A DNA stretch of 64,000 bases, taken from assembly GCA_037481815.1 (NCBI GenBank), contig JBBFKX010000001.1:192001-256000 (forward strand). Direction: 5' to 3'. Within the stretch, counting starts at the first letter, position 1. Each line of letters begins with the position of its first letter. Below, piece by piece: positions 55,707-64,000 of the stretch. The notes beneath the pieces were generated by a model. That model saw only the letters and a program-made list of their open reading frames with translations. It had not been told where the DNA came from and made no database searches. This DNA comes from a candidate division WOR-3 bacterium (lineage in GTDB: Bacteria > Hydrothermota > 32-111). A program made the translations under genes and the position numbers.

Positions 55707-56464
55707 AAATCCTTTATAATTTTATTTTCTTTTACCTCTTAAATTTTGTTGTCATTTTTTGGTTTGAAAAATATTTTTTGTTCAAAATTTCAAGAAGAGA
55801 TGAAAGGGATATAATTCTTTACGATATTGTTTTGTTTTCAAAAGAAAAGTTTTTTTTCATTTTAACTATTATGATTAAAATTATTTTTTTGCTTTTACTC
55901 TATATCTGGTTATATTTAATGAGTAAAGAAAATATTTTGATAATCTTTTCTCTTATCGTTCTTTTGCTTTTTTTCTCATTTTACAGAAAAATTAAAAATT
56001 CACAATTGATCTATCATAAGGAAATACTAAAAGATTACTTGATTACTTTTTTTTCACTTGGAGTATTTCTTCTTAATTTGTTCGCTTTGAATAATCTAAA
56101 CAGAGATAATTTAGGTATTAAACTTATTATTCTTGTGTTGGGTTTTCCCTCTCTGTTTGTTTTAAATTTTGATAAAACAAAACAAAACATTTACTTATAT
56201 ATTTCAAAAGGGGAGTTATATTTTTTAAATATTCTTGACTCCATTTTTTTTACCATTTTAAATTCTTTGTTTATAGTTTTTATGTTAGATTCTGGAATTG
56301 ATTTTTTCTTTTTATCTATAGCAGTTTTCATCTTTAGATTATTTTTCTATACTATTAAAATTGTTTTTTTGAGTTTTTCTTCAAACTTAATGTCTATATT
56401 TTTATTTTTATCGTTTTTTTTGAACATTGTAATCAATGTGATTTTGAAATATGCTGTATGGTAA
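55703..56464 (+). CDS. Degenerate NuoH/MbxM-like membrane subunit
   Basis: Multi-TM; WFEKYFLFKISRR resembles the NuoH ERK...R motif; sits before the NuoB-like gene. Confidence 0.45.
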   Translation: MKILYNFIFFYLLNFVVIFWFEKYFLFKISRRDERDIILYDIVLFSKEKFFFILTIMIKIIFLLLLYIWLYLMSKENILIIFSLIVLLLFFSFYRKIKNSQLIYHKEILKDYLITFFSLGVFLLNLFALNNLNRDNLGIKLIILVLGFPSLFVLNFDKTKQNIYLYISKGELYFLNILDSIFFTILNSLFIVFMLDSGIDFFFLSIAVFIFRLFFYTIKIVFLSFSSNLMSIFLFLSFFLNIVINVILKYAVW

Positions 56465-56825
56465 AATCTATTTGAAATACATAATCTTTGGATCAGGTTG
56501 TTGCATAGACACTTTCATTTCGCTCGAATCAGAGTGTTATACATCTGAAAAATTGATTCTTGAAAGAACAACTTCTATATTTGATGCTGATATAATTTTT
56601 ATATACGGTTGCCTGAATTCGAATGCTCTTCAGGTTATAAAGAAAGAATTCTTAAATATGAATAAAGTCAAAGTATTTCTTGGTAATTTTACTTTTGTTG
56701 ATGAAAGTGTTAAGGATGAAATTCTTAGAAATTTTGATTACACAATAGTTGGTTGTCCGGTTGATTGCATAAATTTGATCAAATTTTTGGAGGAAAAGTT
56801 TTATGAAAGAAATTTTTTACGATGA
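56451..56825 (+). CDS. Divergent NuoB/MbxJ-like small subunit
   Basis: FGSGCC, ADIIFIYG, GCP; third Cys ligand (GxC) replaced by GNF. Confidence 0.75.
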   Translation: MLYGKIYLKYIIFGSGCCIDTFISLESECYTSEKLILERTTSIFDADIIFIYGCLNSNALQVIKKEFLNMNKVKVFLGNFTFVDESVKDEILRNFDYTIVGCPVDCINLIKFLEEKFYERNFLR

Positions 56826-57234
56826 TAGCCAATTTTTACAACATGATATAAAAACCCTTATAACGGAAAATATTTTTCCAGGGAAAGATTCTATTTATTT
56901 TAAACTTGAAGAAAAGAAAATCTTGACCTACACACTAGATTTTTTATACAATAAATGGAATTACAAATATCTTTCAACTATTGTTGTGATTGAAAGGGAA
57001 AATGGTTTTACAATAAAATATTTTATAAATTCAACATCCATCAAAAAAAATGTAATTATCGAAGTTTTTGTTGAAAAAGAAAATCCCGTTTTTACTTCCA
57101 TAGATATGATCTATCCTGTTGCTACCATTTTTGAAAGGGAAATCAATAAAAAGTATGGTATTGTTTTTGAAGGTAACCCTGAAACGAAAAATATAATCTA
57201 TAACTACCTTGAGACATCTAAGGAGGAATTTTGA
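56803..57234 (+). CDS. NuoC/MbxK-like subunit
   Basis: YLSTIVV, SIDMIYPVATIFEREINKKYGIVFEGNP. Confidence 0.8.
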   Translation: MKEIFYDDSQFLQHDIKTLITENIFPGKDSIYFKLEEKKILTYTLDFLYNKWNYKYLSTIVVIERENGFTIKYFINSTSIKKNVIIEVFVEKENPVFTSIDMIYPVATIFEREINKKYGIVFEGNPETKNIIYNYLETSKEEF

Positions 57235-58340
57235 GGAAGAGGTTCCCTTATATTGTTAATACTGTTGATCCCTGTTTATCGTTAGGTAATATTAATTTTG
57301 AATTTGATATAGATAAATTCTCGTTTAAAGAATTGAATATTGATTTTGAAAACGAAAGAAAAAACATAAATAAAACATTGAAAGGGAAAAAAATTTCAAC
57401 TGCCATTAAGATAATACCAAAACTTTCTTTTGTTCAAACATACCATTTTCAAGAGGTCTTTTCTCTTGCGATTGAAGAGATATATAATGTTAAAATACCA
57501 GAAAAATCTAAAATTTTTAGAATGATTGTTTTAGAACTTGAAAGAATATCAGCATCTTTACTTTTTTTATCAACAATTTCATCCGTCCTTGGTTTTGAAA
57601 CTTTTAAATACTGGACTCTGAAAGATCGAGAAAAGGTTGTTTCAATATTGAAAATTTTAACAAAAAACGAAAATATTTTAACCGATTTCATCGTTCCAGG
57701 AGGTATTATGAGGAGAATTTATAATGTTGATATAGAAACAATGTTGGAATTTTTTGATAGATACTTTGAAAAGATTTTGTTTGATTATGAAAAAATCTTT
57801 TTCAAAAATATTTCTCTTATATCAAGAACAAAGGATTTTGGTGTTTTCGAAAAAGAAATTTTAAAAAAAAATAATGCAACTGGACTTTTACTCAGAAGTT
57901 GTGGGATAAAATTTGATTTAAGAAAAAACGTTCCTTATGAGATGTATAAAAAAGTTGAATTTCCGATTTATCATTTTGAAGTTTCAGATGTTTATAACAG
58001 GATTCTTTCCTTGTATTTTGAAATAAAAAATTCGATAAAAATAATAAAGTGTTGTTTAAAATTCTTGAATGAAATATCTGATGAGGATTTTCAAAATGAA
58101 ATTCCTTATCATGAAAAAATAGGTAACAGATTTTCTTTCAAAAGAATTGAAGGTGTAAATGGTGAACTTTCTGTTTATGTCGAAGTTCGTGATTCGAATA
58201 TAGAACATATAAAATTTACATCTCCTTCTTTTATAAACGGTCTTTTAATGATCAACAAATTAAGTGGGAACTATTCGTGCTCAGATATACCTTTAATTTA
58301 TTCATCTCTCTATATAGTTCCAATGGAGGTTTTTATATGA
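57231..58340 (+). CDS. NuoD/MbxL-like large subunit lacking metal-binding and catalytic Cys
   Basis: IVLELERISASL, REK, VPGGI, TGLLLRSCGIKFDLRKNVPYEMY, EGVNGE, SPSF; no CxxC motifs at the [NiFe] ligand positions. Confidence 0.82.
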   Translation: MRKRFPYIVNTVDPCLSLGNINFEFDIDKFSFKELNIDFENERKNINKTLKGKKISTAIKIIPKLSFVQTYHFQEVFSLAIEEIYNVKIPEKSKIFRMIVLELERISASLLFLSTISSVLGFETFKYWTLKDREKVVSILKILTKNENILTDFIVPGGIMRRIYNVDIETMLEFFDRYFEKILFDYEKIFFKNISLISRTKDFGVFEKEILKKNNATGLLLRSCGIKFDLRKNVPYEMYKKVEFPIYHFEVSDVYNRILSLYFEIKNSIKIIKCCLKFLNEISDEDFQNEIPYHEKIGNRFSFKRIEGVNGELSVYVEVRDSNIEHIKFTSPSFINGLLMINKLSGNYSCSDIPLIYSSLYIVPMEVFI

Positions 58341-58648
58341 TCAACATTGTTGGTTTTTTTGAAACTTTTTTTCAATTGAAATATCTTGTTAGAAAAGAAA
58401 AAAAGGAATTCTTTTTTACTGGGGGTATAAAATTGGTTGTTCCCTCACTGGATAAAGAAAAATGTAATCTGTGTGAATTGTGTGTTGATATATGTCCAAC
58501 AAAAAGTTTTAAAACAAAAGAAGAAAACCTTGTTTTTGACATAATAAGATGTATAAATTGTTCTTTATGCATCGAAGAGTGCCCTCAGAATGCTTTAAAA
58601 AAAGAATTAACAGAAAGGATAGTTTTGAAAAAAACAGATCATATTTAA
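58337..58648 (+). CDS. NuoI/MbxN-like 2x[4Fe-4S] subunit
   Basis: CNLCELCVDICP and CINCSLCIEECP; ATG 58337 overlaps the previous stop, GGAGG SD. Confidence 0.82.
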   Translation: MINIVGFFETFFQLKYLVRKEKKEFFFTGGIKLVVPSLDKEKCNLCELCVDICPTKSFKTKEENLVFDIIRCINCSLCIEECPQNALKKELTERIVLKKTDHI

Positions 58649-58690
58649 AATAATATTTACAAAATTTAACTATAAAAAAGGAGAAAAACT

Positions 58691-59209
58691 ATGTTTATAA
58701 AATTAAACAACAAAGAACCACAACCACCTTTTTATATTTCTGAAGATGCTGTATTGATAGGAGATGTAAGATGTAAAGAAAATTCATCGATCTGGTTCAA
58801 ATCAGTTTTAAGAGGTGATATAAATTATATTGAAATTGGAAAATATTCGAATGTTCAAGATCTTTCTGTATGTCATGTGACATTTGAGTTACCATGCATC
58901 GTTGGAGATTATGTAACCGTTGGACATAACGCTGTGTTGCACGGATGCAAAATTTCTAATTATGTTCTTATCGGTATGGGAAGTGTTATTTTAGATGGTG
59001 TAGAAATAGGTGAAGGAAGTATTATTGCCGCAGGAACGGTTGTAAAAGAAAATAGTAAAATACCCCCTTTCTCTCTTGTTGCTGGAGTCCCCGGACAGAT
59101 AAAAAAAACTCTACCAGAAAGTGTAATAGATGATTTAAAGAAGCACGCTGAATCTTATTTCGAATTCGCAAAATCTCTCAAGAAAAACGGGAAAACCATT
59201 TTATATTGA
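58691..59209 (+). CDS. Gamma-carbonic anhydrase family (hexapeptide repeat) protein
   Basis: IGDV, VLRGD, SNVQD..VCH, VGHNAVLHGC. Confidence 0.92.
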   Translation: MFIKLNNKEPQPPFYISEDAVLIGDVRCKENSSIWFKSVLRGDINYIEIGKYSNVQDLSVCHVTFELPCIVGDYVTVGHNAVLHGCKISNYVLIGMGSVILDGVEIGEGSIIAAGTVVKENSKIPPFSLVAGVPGQIKKTLPESVIDDLKKHAESYFEFAKSLKKNGKTILY

Positions 59210-59233
59210 CTTGATATTTTTAAAAGTTATAAT
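59206..59233 (+). promoter_or_regulatory. sigma70 promoter TTGACT-N16-TATAAT of rnpB
   Basis: Hexamers at 59206-59211 and 59228-59233, just before the P1 helix. Confidence 0.75.
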
Positions 59234-59238
59234 AGAAA

Positions 59239-59570
59239 TTGTGGGTAGATGCTGGCTACAAGTTCTTTAACTTGAGGAAAGTCCGAACTCCGCAGGGCAG
59301 GATGCCGGGTAACACCCGGAAAGCGAAAGCTTATGGAAAGTGCAACAGAAAATATACCGCCTACCTATGGTAGGTAAGGGTGAAAAGGTGAGGTAAGAGC
59401 TCACCATCTGTTCAGGTAACTGAACAGATTGGCAAACCCCATCCGGAGCAAGATCAAACAGAGGTTAGCTTGCCCGGCTGATACCTCGGGTAGATCGCTT
59501 GAGATGGTTGGTAACAACCATCGCAGATAGATTGCCAGAAAACAGAATTCGGCTTACTATCTACCCACAA
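59239..59570 (+). ncRNA. rnpB: RNase P RNA (bacterial type A)
   Basis: GAGGAAAGTCC, AGTGCAACAGAAA, GGTAAGAGC, GGCAAACCCC, ACAGAATTCGGCTTA; terminal P1 helix TTGTGGGTAGAT/ATCTACCCACAA. Confidence 0.96.
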
Positions 59571-59594
59571 ATTTTTATAGTTTTGGAGGTTCAA

Positions 59595-60890
59595 TTGAAA
59601 TATTTAACAGTTGATGAATTGAAAAATCATATTGGTGAAGAGGTTGAATTGAAGGGCTGGGTATACAATACCCGTTCAAGTGGAAAAATTTCTTTTCTTT
59701 TGTTCAGAGATGGAACAGGTATAGTCCAAGCAGTTTTGTATCATCCCAACCACAATGAAGAGATCATAAAAAGATTTGATGAGTTGACACAGGAAACGAG
59801 TTTAGTATTGTTTGGAAAGATAAGGGAGGATAAAAGAGCTCCATCAGGGGTTGAACTTGATATAATAGATTTTAAAATTATTTCAAAATCGATAGATTAT
59901 CCGATTTCTCCAAAGGAACATGGTGTTGATTTTTTACAATCCAATAGACACTTATGGCTCAGGTCAAAAAAACAGGCAGCTTTGATGAGGGTAAGAAGTG
60001 ATGTTGTTTTTTATGCGAGAGAATTTTTTAACAACAGGAAATTTTTATGTATCGATGCTCCGATATTCACCCCATCGGCCTGTGAAGGAACCACAACTCT
60101 TTTTGAGGTTAACTATTTTGATGAAAAAAAGGTTTATCTTTCCCAATCAGGTCAACTCTACATGGAAGCAGCAGCACTCGCTTATGGAAAAGTTTACTGT
60201 TTTGGTCCGGCTTTTAGAGCAGAAAAATCAAAAACGAGAAGACATTTAACAGAGTTCTGGCAGATTGAACCGGAGGTTGCTTTCTTTGATATAGACGATG
60301 ATATGGAACTTGCTGAAGATCTTGTTGTATATTTGGTTGAAAAAATACTTGAAAGGAGAGTTGAAGATTTGAAAACATTGGAAAGGGATATCAAACCACT
60401 CGAAAATGTAAAAAAACCTTTTTATAGAATAACATATGAAGATGCGATTAAAATTCTAAACAAAAAAGGAATCGATATAAAGTTTGGAGATGATTTTGGT
60501 GCACCAGATGAGGCCGCTCTGTCATTAGAGTTCGATAGACCTGTTTTTGTTCACAGGTACCCTGCTGAAATAAAAGCGTTTTATATGAAAAGGGATAAAG
60601 ATAGACCTGATCTTGCTCTTGGTTTTGACATGATTGCAGGGGAAGGATATGGAGAAACGATTGGAGGTGGACAAAGAGAAGACGATTATGATACACTTTT
60701 AAAAAGAATCGAAGAACATAAACTTCCAGTTGAAAATTTCAACTGGTATCTTGATTTAAGAAAATATGGTTCTGTTCCGCATGCTGGTTTTGGACTTGGA
60801 ATCGAAAGATTTGTTCAATGGATCACCAAAACCCAACATATAAGAGAAGTGATTCCATTTGCCAGAACACTTGATAGAACTGAGCCTTAA
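59595..60890 (+). CDS. asnS: Asparagine--tRNA ligase
   Basis: TTG start after GGAGG; OB fold (LKGWV..R.SGKI.F...RDG), YLSQSGQLY, FRAEKSKTRRHLTEFW, GFGLGIER. Confidence 0.93.
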   Translation: MKYLTVDELKNHIGEEVELKGWVYNTRSSGKISFLLFRDGTGIVQAVLYHPNHNEEIIKRFDELTQETSLVLFGKIREDKRAPSGVELDIIDFKIISKSIDYPISPKEHGVDFLQSNRHLWLRSKKQAALMRVRSDVVFYAREFFNNRKFLCIDAPIFTPSACEGTTTLFEVNYFDEKKVYLSQSGQLYMEAAALAYGKVYCFGPAFRAEKSKTRRHLTEFWQIEPEVAFFDIDDDMELAEDLVVYLVEKILERRVEDLKTLERDIKPLENVKKPFYRITYEDAIKILNKKGIDIKFGDDFGAPDEAALSLEFDRPVFVHRYPAEIKAFYMKRDKDRPDLALGFDMIAGEGYGETIGGGQREDDYDTLLKRIEEHKLPVENFNWYLDLRKYGSVPHAGFGLGIERFVQWITKTQHIREVIPFARTLDRTEP

Positions 60891-60916
60891 AAGTTTATTT
60901 ATAGGAAGGAGGAAAG

Positions 60917-62068
60917 ATGAAAAAAATTTGTCTTTTAATTTTGGTAGTTTTAACATTTTTTAATCTCTTCGCTTTGAAGATCAACGAGTTTATCGTAACA
61001 CCAACGAGTGCTGAACAGATAGAACTCTACAACGATGGAACTAGTTCAATTGATGTTAACGGTTATAAACTTTATATAAAGGGTTCTACATCAACAAGTA
61101 GTACAACTTTTAAATCTTATACGATTCCAGCAGGTGGATATAAAGCGTTTAATCTGGGAGCAGTAGATTTTAACGATTCTTTGGGACTTCCCAACGATGG
61201 AGCAATAATAATCATAAAGGACGCTTCAGATAATCTAATAGATTCGGTCGGTTACGGTGATCTTGGAGGAGCACCAGCCCCGATATACAACTTTTCAAGC
61301 GCAAGAGTTGATAACACTGGCGATAACGCTTTAGATTTCAACATGGATTTTACACCGACTATGGGAAGTGCAAACGATTGTCCAGCGAATATGTTGGGTT
61401 CAGGCACAATTTTTATCAATGAAGTGTATCCTTCGGATTCAAACGATAATTCGACTGCTGTAACTGAATTTATTGAACTTTACAACAATTCAAATACTCC
61501 TGTTGATATATCAAACTGGATAATCGTTTGTGATGATGATTATTATATACCTTCTGGAACAACGATTTCAGCGTATGGATACTTTGTTTTATATGATACA
61601 TCTTTCCCACAATATTTTTACCTTGATGCTTACAGGGACAACATATATCTTTATAACAATTCAGGTAACAGGATAGATCAGGTTGGATGGCATAATATTC
61701 CTGTTGATACTTCATTTTCAGTGATACCAAATGGAACGAGAACATTCTTTAAAGGTTATGATGAGATAACCTCTGTTGATTTTAAAAAAGAGGTTCCAAC
61801 ACCTGCAGATTTTAATAACCTTGATGAAATCATAAAAACAAATGAGAAACCTGTTTCAGTTAAAGTTTGCTCTCTAAACAACGTTGGAATCAAAATTGAA
61901 ACTTCAACAGATTACTCTTCTAAAGTTTCGATTATTGATATAAGTGGAAGAACCCTGTACACTTCATTCTTGAAAAATATGATATTCTCTGCAAAATCGG
62001 GAATTTATTTTGTAAAAATAGAAAAAGAAGGAAAAACTTTTGTTTATAAAGTTAACCTTTTAAAGTAA
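60917..62068 (+). CDS. Secreted protein with two LTD domains and T9SS-like CTD
   Basis: KINEF..EQIELYN and FINEVY..EFIELYN; tail IIDISGR...SGIYFVK. Confidence 0.8.
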   Translation: MKKICLLILVVLTFFNLFALKINEFIVTPTSAEQIELYNDGTSSIDVNGYKLYIKGSTSTSSTTFKSYTIPAGGYKAFNLGAVDFNDSLGLPNDGAIIIIKDASDNLIDSVGYGDLGGAPAPIYNFSSARVDNTGDNALDFNMDFTPTMGSANDCPANMLGSGTIFINEVYPSDSNDNSTAVTEFIELYNNSNTPVDISNWIIVCDDDYYIPSGTTISAYGYFVLYDTSFPQYFYLDAYRDNIYLYNNSGNRIDQVGWHNIPVDTSFSVIPNGTRTFFKGYDEITSVDFKKEVPTPADFNNLDEIIKTNEKPVSVKVCSLNNVGIKIETSTDYSSKVSIIDISGRTLYTSFLKNMIFSAKSGIYFVKIEKEGKTFVYKVNLLK

Positions 62069-62077
62069 GAGGTGGTT

Positions 62078-63991
62078 ATGAAAAAGTTTTTAATTTTATC
62101 GTTTATACTTTTCATATGTGGATCGATTTTTGCTATACCAACGCTTTATATAAACGAATTTTTTTACGATTCACCAGGAATTGATACGAGTTGTTATATT
62201 GAGATAAAAGGAATACCTGGAACATCTCTTGATTCAGTAAAGATTGTTGGTATCAATGGAAATGGTGGAGCAGTATATGCTACCATAAATCTTACAGGAT
62301 ATGTTATACCTGCTGACAGTTATTTTGTTGTAGCACAATCAACAAATGTTCCAAACTATGACATGATTTCAACGCTGATTGATTTTCAGAATGGCCCATC
62401 GGATAATATAATTTTAAGATTCGATTCACTCGGTGCATCTACAACACTTGATGCTGTTTGTTTTGGTCTCCCATCTGGAACAGATTCAGTGTTTAGAGGA
62501 GAGACATGGCCAACTTATGATGTAACACCTGCAACAACATATTATGCTTATATGGGACGACACACCGATCCTTTCACTTTCGAATTTAACAACAACTATT
62601 TAGATTTTGCACACTATATGGTAAGAACACCTGGAAGTGCAAACAAACCATTGTTACTAAAAGGTATAGTTGAAATACAGACCACACCTGATTCTTTCTC
62701 ACTTTTTAAAGATTCAACTGTAAAAGTAATTGATACCTGTGTTGTTACAGCAGTTTTTACAGGTCAATACTATATAACTTCAAAGACAGGTCCAAAAGAA
62801 TGGGATGGTATCTGTGTTTATGGTGATATTGGAAATCATACATATAATGTTGGGGATACTATTATTTTTTATCATGGTTTTGTAAATGAATACTTTAACA
62901 AAACACAACTTGTGAGTGTTGGAACAGAACTTTATAAAGCAGGTGATGGAACTTCTCCTGTACCATTTATTCTTTCTTTATCACAGGTTGGGGAAAATTA
63001 TGAAGGTGTTTTAATAAAAGTTGGACCAGTTACAGTTTTAACTGGACCTGATGCAAACGGTGAATGGCTTGTTTCTGATGGTGTTGATACACTTATAATC
63101 GATAACCTTGCAACCTATACCGTTCCTTCGATTGGACAAACAGTTTATATAACAGGAATCCTTGATTATACCTATGGGAATTATAAGATACAACCAAGAA
63201 ATGATTCAGATATCCAGGTAGTTAATTTTTATAACATTTCAGGTGTAGTTACACTTGATGATAATTCAAATTCCTCAGGTATCTCTGTAATTCTTTATAA
63301 CAATACATTCAATGATACTATTTTAACAGATTCGATTGGTTATTTTGATTTTGGTACTGTTGTTGAGGGAACATACAATTTGATTTTCAAAAAGACATAT
63401 TACGATACCGATTCATCTGAAATAGTTTTGCAATCAGACACTATAATAAATAAAATACTTTCAAGATCAAAAGGAACGATTTCCGGCTATGTTGATTTGA
63501 GCGATTCTCCATCAGACCTTTCTAATTCAATAGTAACAATATACTATGATGTTGTAACTGTTGATACGACAGATGCAACAGGATATTATTCTTTCTCAAA
63601 TTTACCTCTTGGAAAATCTTACAAACTTAAATTTGAACACAACGGTTATGCACCGGATTCTGTCACATTCACACTTGAAGACACTTCTTACACTTATTCT
63701 GTTAATTTAACAAAACTCACAGGTCTTGAAGAAACTTTAAAAATTGAAAAGATTATAGTTGAAGACAATGGTAATGGTATTTTCTCGTTCATATACAATA
63801 AAGAAGTCGATAATCCAACAAATATTATGATCTATGATTTAACTGGAAGAAATGTTGTTAATAAAACTGTAGAATCCGGGAAAGGAATGTATAAGATAAC
63901 ACTCTCAAAAAGATTATCAAAAGGTGTTTATTTTATACAAATTACAGGTGAAGAGAAGCCGTTTGTTAAAAAATTCGTTGTAGTTAACTGA
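62078..63991 (+). CDS. Secreted LTD + OB-fold + carboxypeptidase-regulatory-like repeat protein with T9SS-like CTD
   Basis: YINEFFYDSPG; ENYEGVLI...GNYKIQPR (OB folds as in extracellular nucleases); two ISG.V...TD..GYF repeats; tail IYDLTGR...KGVYFI. Confidence 0.75.
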   Translation: MKKFLILSFILFICGSIFAIPTLYINEFFYDSPGIDTSCYIEIKGIPGTSLDSVKIVGINGNGGAVYATINLTGYVIPADSYFVVAQSTNVPNYDMISTLIDFQNGPSDNIILRFDSLGASTTLDAVCFGLPSGTDSVFRGETWPTYDVTPATTYYAYMGRHTDPFTFEFNNNYLDFAHYMVRTPGSANKPLLLKGIVEIQTTPDSFSLFKDSTVKVIDTCVVTAVFTGQYYITSKTGPKEWDGICVYGDIGNHTYNVGDTIIFYHGFVNEYFNKTQLVSVGTELYKAGDGTSPVPFILSLSQVGENYEGVLIKVGPVTVLTGPDANGEWLVSDGVDTLIIDNLATYTVPSIGQTVYITGILDYTYGNYKIQPRNDSDIQVVNFYNISGVVTLDDNSNSSGISVILYNNTFNDTILTDSIGYFDFGTVVEGTYNLIFKKTYYDTDSSEIVLQSDTIINKILSRSKGTISGYVDLSDSPSDLSNSIVTIYYDVVTVDTTDATGYYSFSNLPLGKSYKLKFEHNGYAPDSVTFTLEDTSYTYSVNLTKLTGLEETLKIEKIIVEDNGNGIFSFIYNKEVDNPTNIMIYDLTGRNVVNKTVESGKGMYKITLSKRLSKGVYFIQITGEEKPFVKKFVVVN

Positions 63992-64000
63992 ATCTATATA

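Noticed and set aside
57231..58340. [NiFe]-hydrogenase large subunit
   Set aside because: Neither the RxCxxC nor the DPCxxC motif is present.
58691..59209. Gamma-CA as an accessory subunit of the complex I-like operon (as in some eukaryotic mitochondria)
   Set aside because: Only adjacency supports it; it is a conventional, widespread protein with its own SD.
59499..59594. N-terminal extension of asnS in the ORF track
   Set aside because: Overlaps the 3' end of RNase P RNA; TTG 59595 has a GGAGG SD.
1199..61745. The many 60-130 aa ORFs antisense to or nested in long genes
   Set aside because: No recognisable motifs; expected shadows of real genes.
1..64000. CRISPR arrays, IS elements, integrases at tRNA genes, prophage, defence systems
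   Set aside because: No regularly spaced repeats, transposase, integrase, phage or recognisable defence genes, and no duplicated tRNA 3' ends were seen.

Overview
AT-rich bacterial chromosomal segment, almost all on the + strand, with no mobile elements, prophage or CRISPR array that I can see. It contains: (1) housekeeping genes (der, plsY, rimO, tadA, asnS, hppA, lemA-htpX), six tRNAs and RNase P RNA; (2) amino-acid and peptide catabolism (rocD, P5C dehydrogenase, Orn/Lys/Arg decarboxylase, S8, C25 and M42 peptidases); (3) several secreted proteins with T9SS-like C-terminal sorting domains that are rich in D-S/T-hydrophobic motifs, suggesting an FCB-related candidate lineage such as WOR-3/TA06 (inference); (4) an ~11 kb signalling island (9.4-20.5 kb) behind putative sigma-54 promoters, built around a PilB/GspE ATPase-receiver fusion that is interrupted by a +1 frameshift in an A10 tract, plus several pseudo-enzymes; (5) a 12-gene MBS/Mbx-like respiratory operon (51-58.6 kb) with intact, translationally coupled ORFs but most catalytic residues lost. 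Notable non-coding signals: long-range 5'/3' complementarity bracketing an RRM gene, sigma-70-like promoters with a recurring 16-bp spacer, several probably leaderless genes, and a tadA stop codon inside tRNA-Ser(CGA). All calls are by eye from motifs; no searches were run.
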